Source: Octopus vulgaris
Lineage: Eukaryota
Reading direction: 5' to 3'
Length of the DNA: 64,000 nt
NCBI GenBank assembly: GCA_951406725.2
Contig: OX597819.1
Location: 19,716,001-19,780,000 of the forward strand
Positions 58,688-64,000 of the stretch are shown here, in pieces. Each line of letters begins with the position of its first letter. The stretch's first letter is position 1. The notes under the pieces were generated by a model. That model made no database searches and was not told where the DNA came from. It saw nothing but the letters and a program-made list of their open reading frames with translations. Both the position numbers and the translations under genes were made by a program.

Positions 58688-60328
58688 TTAGGGGCATGTG
58701 TTTAGAAGTGGTCTGTATTTATTAATAAGGTGGGATTCCATGGTTATTCGCTGGGTATGAGTGGCATTGTCTTTAAATTTGTAGAGGGGAAAGATTCTAA
58801 AATTGGGATGGAGTTGTGCGGCACAGGTATCAATATGTGCACTAAATGCTATTTTTCTATATTCCTGTATTATTATTTGGGATCTGTGGACAGTCATGCG
58901 TTGGCGGAGGCTATTTTTTGTTTGGCCTATGTAGTGTTCATTACAGCCCGAGCAAGTTAAGACATATACTAGGTTTTCTGATGCGCATGTGAAGTTGTGT
59001 CTTACTGTGAAACGTTGTCCTTGTTTAAAAAGGAATTCCGGACCTTCTATTAGGTTGATGCATATACCACAGTTGGGTCTATTGCATTTGTTTACTGTGG
59101 GTTTAGTTGTTGTGGTTGGCAGTACTTTGGCATTTGTTAGGATGGTTTTCAATGATTTGGGTTGCCTTTTGCTCTTTATGATTTCGTGTGTTAGGAGGAT
59201 TTGGTTCATTCTATGGTCCTTTTGTAATACAGGAATGTTCTGGAGGATGGTGTCAAAAGCTTCATTGTTGAGGGGGTTGTGTGTAGAGATGTATGGTAGA
59301 GTATGGGGTTTCGATGTAACAGGTTTAGGGCGTCTAAGTTCCTGCGTGCTGAGTTTTAGGGCGCGTTGGATCCCATTGTCAATTAGTGACGTGGGGTAAT
59401 CCCTGCTTGTTAATGTGCCCTTGAGTTCTTGTAGACGTAAGAGACGGGTGTTTTTATTGGAGACTATAGTGCAAATTCTCTTGGCTAAGTTGTAGGGAAT
59501 GTTAATTTTAACGTGTCTAGGGTGGCATGAATTGAAAGGGAGGTATTGCTTGGAGTCTGTGGGCTTGTAGTATATGTCTGTTTCTATTTTTTTGTTGTGA
59601 ATTTTAATGAGGATGTCGAGGAAGGGAATTTGTTGAGGGCTGTATTCCATTGTGAAAATAATGTTTGTGTTGAGCCCATTTATAAGAGTGTGAAATTCGT
59701 TAAGCTTCTCGACGGTTTCGGGCCAAAGGATGAAGCAGTCATCAAGATATCTCTTCCAGTTCTTCTCTATGTGTGTGTGGAGAGTGGTGCCAAATTGGTT
59801 AAGAACGTTATTATAGAGGGTGATTTCCAGGTATCCCATGACTAAGTTGGCGTAAGTGGGAGCTGTTTTCGTTCCCATTGCCGTCCCTGATTTCTGTCTG
59901 TAGAATTTGTTGTTGAAGGTGAAGAAATTATTCTCTAAGATGAATTTGAGTCCTTCTAAAATAAATTCCTTTTTGATGCGGTGTGGGAGTTCGTTGGAGT
60001 AATTATCCAGCCAGAATTGGATAGCTTCTATTCCTAGGTTGTGGGGGATGTTGGAGTAAAGATTGACTACATCGAATGTTACTAGCAGGGTTTGTTCAGC
60101 AAGAAGTGTATTGGGGAGGTGGTTGAGCATATCTAGATCGTCCCTTATGAAGCTTTTAATGTGTTTGAGGAACGGCTTGAGAAGGGTATCAATGAAGTTG
60201 CTAAGGCGGTGGGTTTCGCAAGCGGGACCTGCTATTATAGGTCTCAATTTGAGGTCATTTGGTGAGGGGACATTGATTACAGAGTTTGTGGCTTCCTTGC
60301 ATGTTCTTACCCCAACACCAACTTCCAT
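58688..60328 (-). CDS. Penelope-like element polyprotein (reverse transcriptase + GIY-YIG endonuclease), 5'-truncated but uninterrupted; probably Neptune-type
   Basis: 546-aa ORF with PLE RT motifs (LRPIIAGP, TFDVVNLYSNIP, QKSGTAMG, WKRYLDD, IPFLDI, DIYYKPTD), a Cys-rich linker (CNRPNCGIC) and a GIY-YIG domain (NLVYVLTCSGCNEHYIGQT..LRQRMTVHR). The first ~9 codons, including the ATG, come from the inverted pLTR. Confidence 0.95.
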   Translation of the reverse strand: MEVGVGVRTCKEATNSVINVPSPNDLKLRPIIAGPACETHRLSNFIDTLLKPFLKHIKSFIRDDLDMLNHLPNTLLAEQTLLVTFDVVNLYSNIPHNLGIEAIQFWLDNYSNELPHRIKKEFILEGLKFILENNFFTFNNKFYRQKSGTAMGTKTAPTYANLVMGYLEITLYNNVLNQFGTTLHTHIEKNWKRYLDDCFILWPETVEKLNEFHTLINGLNTNIIFTMEYSPQQIPFLDILIKIHNKKIETDIYYKPTDSKQYLPFNSCHPRHVKINIPYNLAKRICTIVSNKNTRLLRLQELKGTLTSRDYPTSLIDNGIQRALKLSTQELRRPKPVTSKPHTLPYISTHNPLNNEAFDTILQNIPVLQKDHRMNQILLTHEIIKSKRQPKSLKTILTNAKVLPTTTTKPTVNKCNRPNCGICINLIEGPEFLFKQGQRFTVRHNFTCASENLVYVLTCSGCNEHYIGQTKNSLRQRMTVHRSQIIIQEYRKIAFSAHIDTCAAQLHPNFRIFPLYKFKDNATHTQRITMESHLINKYRPLLNTCP

Positions 60329-60432
60329 TCAAACATTCACGTGACCCCTTCATAATGACCAATCAAAATTTTAGGCGCGAAACCAAGCAAATCCCAAACA
60401 ACTCTGGAGCCTCTTTTTTTCACATATAAGAG
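60328..60432 (+). promoter_or_regulatory. Putative pLTR Pol II promoter (E-box, CCAAT, E2F-like and TATA-like motifs)
   Basis: TCACGTGAC, CCAAT, GGCGCGAAA and CATATAAGAG in order, ending ~30 nt before the hammerhead-like core. The E-box/CCAAT/E2F block is tandemly duplicated in the 3' pLTR (58005-58092, 58118-58204). Confidence 0.45.
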
Positions 60433-60447
60433 ACAGACTCTAATCTC

Positions 60448-60494
60448 TCTTTTATATTTTGATAAGCATAACAAATGCGCAACCGGTAAAAAGA
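60448..60494 (+). ncRNA. Minimal hammerhead-like motif, U3-A8 / GCAA variant, in the inverted pLTR
   Basis: UUGAUAA - GCAU(aacaa)AUGC - GCAA - CCGG - UA - aaaaga. Stem II is perfect, stem III is palindromic (ACCGGU), stem I is weak and U/A-rich. Confidence 0.6.
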
Positions 60495-60592
60495 ACTTTC
60501 ACCTAATTAAATTACTTAAATTACTTCAATTATTTGTCAGCATTTTCTTCATTTCCTTTTTTATATATCACCACTCGTGTTCGACATCTCCT

Positions 60593-60647
<55 letters not shown>

Positions 60648-61247
60648 TATATACTTATATGTTTATTGATATACGGGAGGAGGTATATGTCTATATATGT
60701 GATGGTCAAATTATACATACGAAGGAGTATACATCTGAATACACATATGTAGCCAGGTATATATACTGGGGTATCTGTGTAATTATAGATACATTGGTGT
60801 ATGTATATATTTATATAAGCATATATACATACATAATATATGTCAAGAAAACATGAACATAATGAAAAACCGAGAACATAAAAAAGCAACATCATGGAAA
60901 ACGAACTTTTGATTTTGCACAACCAAAGAAACAAATAGAGGACGAGAGAGGCAACATAAAGAACAAATCTCCCCTGTTTTATCTACTCTGCATTTTGAAA
61001 GTTCTGACAAGACACGACTCCGTAAAAACGTCGTTCCCTCAAATTAAATTAAATAACATTTGGGATTCGTGGAGGGTTTCAGTGGTAACAAAAACAGTGC
61101 AGTACGAACAAAACAGTAAAAACAAAAAGCAAATGCTCTTAAATCATGAAGAGATGAAGTGGTGAACGCCGGAGAAACGAGCTTGGTAGGAGAATGTAAA
61201 AATGTGTCACCCTCTTGTATATATACTCTTTCACTCTTTTACTCTTT

Positions 61248-61345
61248 TCCTTAAATCCTTAAATCCTTAAATCCTTAAATCCTTAAAAATGTTTTAGCCC
61301 GAAGGCCGCGGCCATGCTGGGGCACCACCGCTGAATGAGCTACAC
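61248..61345 (-). mobile_element. Very short LINE-type 3' end with a (TTTAAGGA)n tail, nested in a SINE tail
   Basis: Minus strand ggtggtgccccagcatggccgcggccttcgggctaaaac plus ~4 TTTAAGGA units; interrupts the (actctttt)n tail of the adjacent SINE. Confidence 0.65.
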
Positions 61346-61822
61346 GTTTTACTTGTTTCAGTTATTTTACTGCGGCCATGCTGGAGCACCGCCTTTAGTC
61401 GAGCAAATCGACCCCGGGACTAATTTTTGTAAGCCCAGTAATTACTCTACCGGTCTCTTTTGCCGAACCGCTAAGTGACGGGGACGTAAACACACCAGCA
61501 TCGGTTGTCAAGCAATGCTAGGGGGACAAACACACACACACAAACACACTCACATACACATATATATATATGTGTGTATATATATATACACATATATCTA
61601 TACACATATATATATATATACATATATATACATATATACAACATATATATACATATATACAACAGGCTTCTTTCAGTTTCCGTCTACCAAATCCATTCAC
61701 AAGACATTGGTCGGCCCGGGGCTATAGCAGAAGATACTTGCCCAAGATGCCACGCAGTGGGACTGAACCCGGAACCATGTGGTTGTTTAGCAAGCTACTT
61801 ACCACACAGCCACTCCTGCGCC
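61346..61822 (-). mobile_element. SINE family A
   Basis: Full-length reverse-complement match. Confidence 0.9.
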
Positions 61823-61830
61823 TGGACATA

Positions 61831-62246
<416 letters not shown>

Positions 62247-62265
62247 ATATATATATATATATATA

Positions 62266-62524
62266 TTACTCTTTTACTTGTTTCAGTCATTTGACTGCAG
62301 CCATGCTGGACCACCGCCTTTAGGCGAGCAAATCGACCTCAAGACTTATTCTTAGTAAGTCTAGTACTTATTCTATCTCTTCTATTTCGCCGAACGGATA
62401 AATTACCGGTACGTAAACACACCACCATCGGTAGTCAAGCGATGTTTGGTTGACAGACACAGACACACAAACATATACACACACATACACACACACACAC
62501 ACATATATATATACATATATATAC

Positions 62525-62609
<85 letters not shown>

Positions 62610-62748
62610 CATACATATATACGACAGGCTTCTTTCACATTCCGTCTACCAAATCCACTCACAAGGCTTTCGTCAGCCCGAGACTATAGTAGAAGACACT
62701 TGCCCAAGGTACAACGTAGTGGGACTGAACCCGGAACCATGTGGTTCG
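62266..62748 (-). mobile_element. SINE family A
   Basis: Near full-length reverse-complement match. Confidence 0.88.
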
Positions 62749-62772
62749 TAGGTATAGATGGATAGATAGATA

Positions 62773-62997
62773 TATTTCTTTATTGCCCACAAGAGGCTAA
62801 ACATAGAGGGGACAAACAAGGACAGACAAATGGATTAAGTCGATTATATCGACCCAGTGCGAAACTGGTACTTTAGTTATCGACCCCGAGAGGATGAAAG
62901 GCAAATTCGACCCCGGCGGAATTTGAACACAGAACGTAACGACAGACGAAATACCGCTAAGCATTTCATCCGGCGCGCTAACGTTTCTGCCATCTCG
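62773..62997 (-). mobile_element. SINE family B
   Basis: Colinear with 53796-54021. Confidence 0.88.
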
Positions 62998-63201
62998 CAA
63001 TACACACATCAAAATCTATACGATTTTGATGTGTGTATAGACTTCCATGTCAGTATCGTGGTGAATCCGTTTTCCATTTTGTTCATATGAATCGATATGT
63101 ATATATATATATATATATATATGGGAGTGAATGAAGAATGCGGTACATATGAGGATATAGCGTATTTGTCTCATTTAATATATGTGTGTGCATTAAAAAT
63201 G

Positions 63202-63255
<54 letters not shown>

Positions 63256-63273
63256 CATATATATATTGTCATA

Positions 63274-63379
<106 letters not shown>

Positions 63380-63940
63380 GTATTTAAGTGTGAGTGGTGG
63401 ATGGAAAATAAAACAATAGATGGTTTTATATTGGTACTATTTTGGTTTTGATGTATGTATCAAATTTATTTTTCTATGTCCGTATACATTTGGTTTCGTT
63501 TTTCGTTTTGTTTATACGCATCGATAAATATATGTATGTGAGTGAATGAATAATGGGTTATATGCAAAAATATGGTGTATTTATCTTTCTTCTTTTTTTT
63601 TTGGTCTCGTTGTTCGTATACCGGACATTGTGTTTTTTTCGTTGACCGTATCGAGTTTATTTGGTCTTTGGTTTAGTTTCTATAAATGGGAAATAGTTAT
63701 CTCCCCTCTCTTCGAATTGTGTTTAAGTCGAATTCATACCATAAACCGTTTTATTTTGATATAAATTATTTTATTCAGATTTGAATTAATATACGTGCAC
63801 CTTCGTTTTGGGATCACTACTACTTTGTTATCTCCCTTACTTATTTGATCTCCTGTGTGAGCTTTCTGTCCGGCCTACGCCATGAAAGATCTGTAGCCGC
63901 TACTCACATTTTTTTCTCTCCCTGTTTTATTTTTGTGTTC

Positions 63941-63976
63941 CTTTCTGTGGAAGAACGTAGGCTCGAAACGTTAAAG
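63941..63976 (+). ncRNA. Minimal hammerhead-like motif, CUGUNGAA variant
   Basis: CUUU - CUGUGGAA - GAAC(GUAG)GCUC - GAAA - CG - UU - AAAG. Same family as 57571-57606 and 12033-12060. Confidence 0.55.
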
Positions 63977-64000
63977 CCTTTTTCAATTCCCGAGCGTTAT

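Larger units (their letters stand above)
60304..60560 (+). repeat. Inverted pLTR copy at the 5'-truncation point of the PLE
   Basis: Reverse complement of 57864-58119 (e.g. cattcacgtgaccccttcataatgaccaatcaaaattttagg). Confidence 0.92.
57864..60598 (-). mobile_element. Young Penelope-like retroelement insertion: 3' pLTR, ORF and inverted pLTR fragment
   Basis: RT/GIY-YIG ORF flanked by a ~256-bp inverted repeat (57864-58119 vs 60304-60560, about 2-3 differences by eye). Both outer ends run into (TA)n. Confidence 0.92.

Noticed and set aside
63850-63900. ggc-ctac-gcc..GAAAGATCT as a possible second tandem hammerhead upstream of 63941
   Set aside because: The core and stem I cannot be assigned; too degenerate to call.

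Overview
AT-rich, microsatellite-saturated animal DNA, probably intronic or intergenic. The SINE families and repeat load suggest an octopus or other coleoid cephalopod (inference). I found no convincing host protein-coding gene; nearly all listed ORFs are translations of (TA)n, (CA)n or trinucleotide repeats. The window is a transposon landscape. It holds one young, 5'-truncated Penelope-like element (PLE) with an uninterrupted RT + GIY-YIG frame (58688-60328, minus) and an inverted pLTR copy, and a second, decayed PLE. It also holds a Tx1/L1-type element inserted with a 15-bp TSD into a SINE tRNA-like head, two mariner relics, a Helitron-like non-autonomous element, CR1 and RTE fragments, and about 20 SINE copies from two main families. 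The most notable signal is a set of minimal type-I hammerhead-ribozyme-like motifs in PLE-type repeats with non-canonical cores. The 3-8 tertiary pair occurs as C-G, U-A and G-C in different families within this one window. All RNA structures were folded by eye and none is tested.
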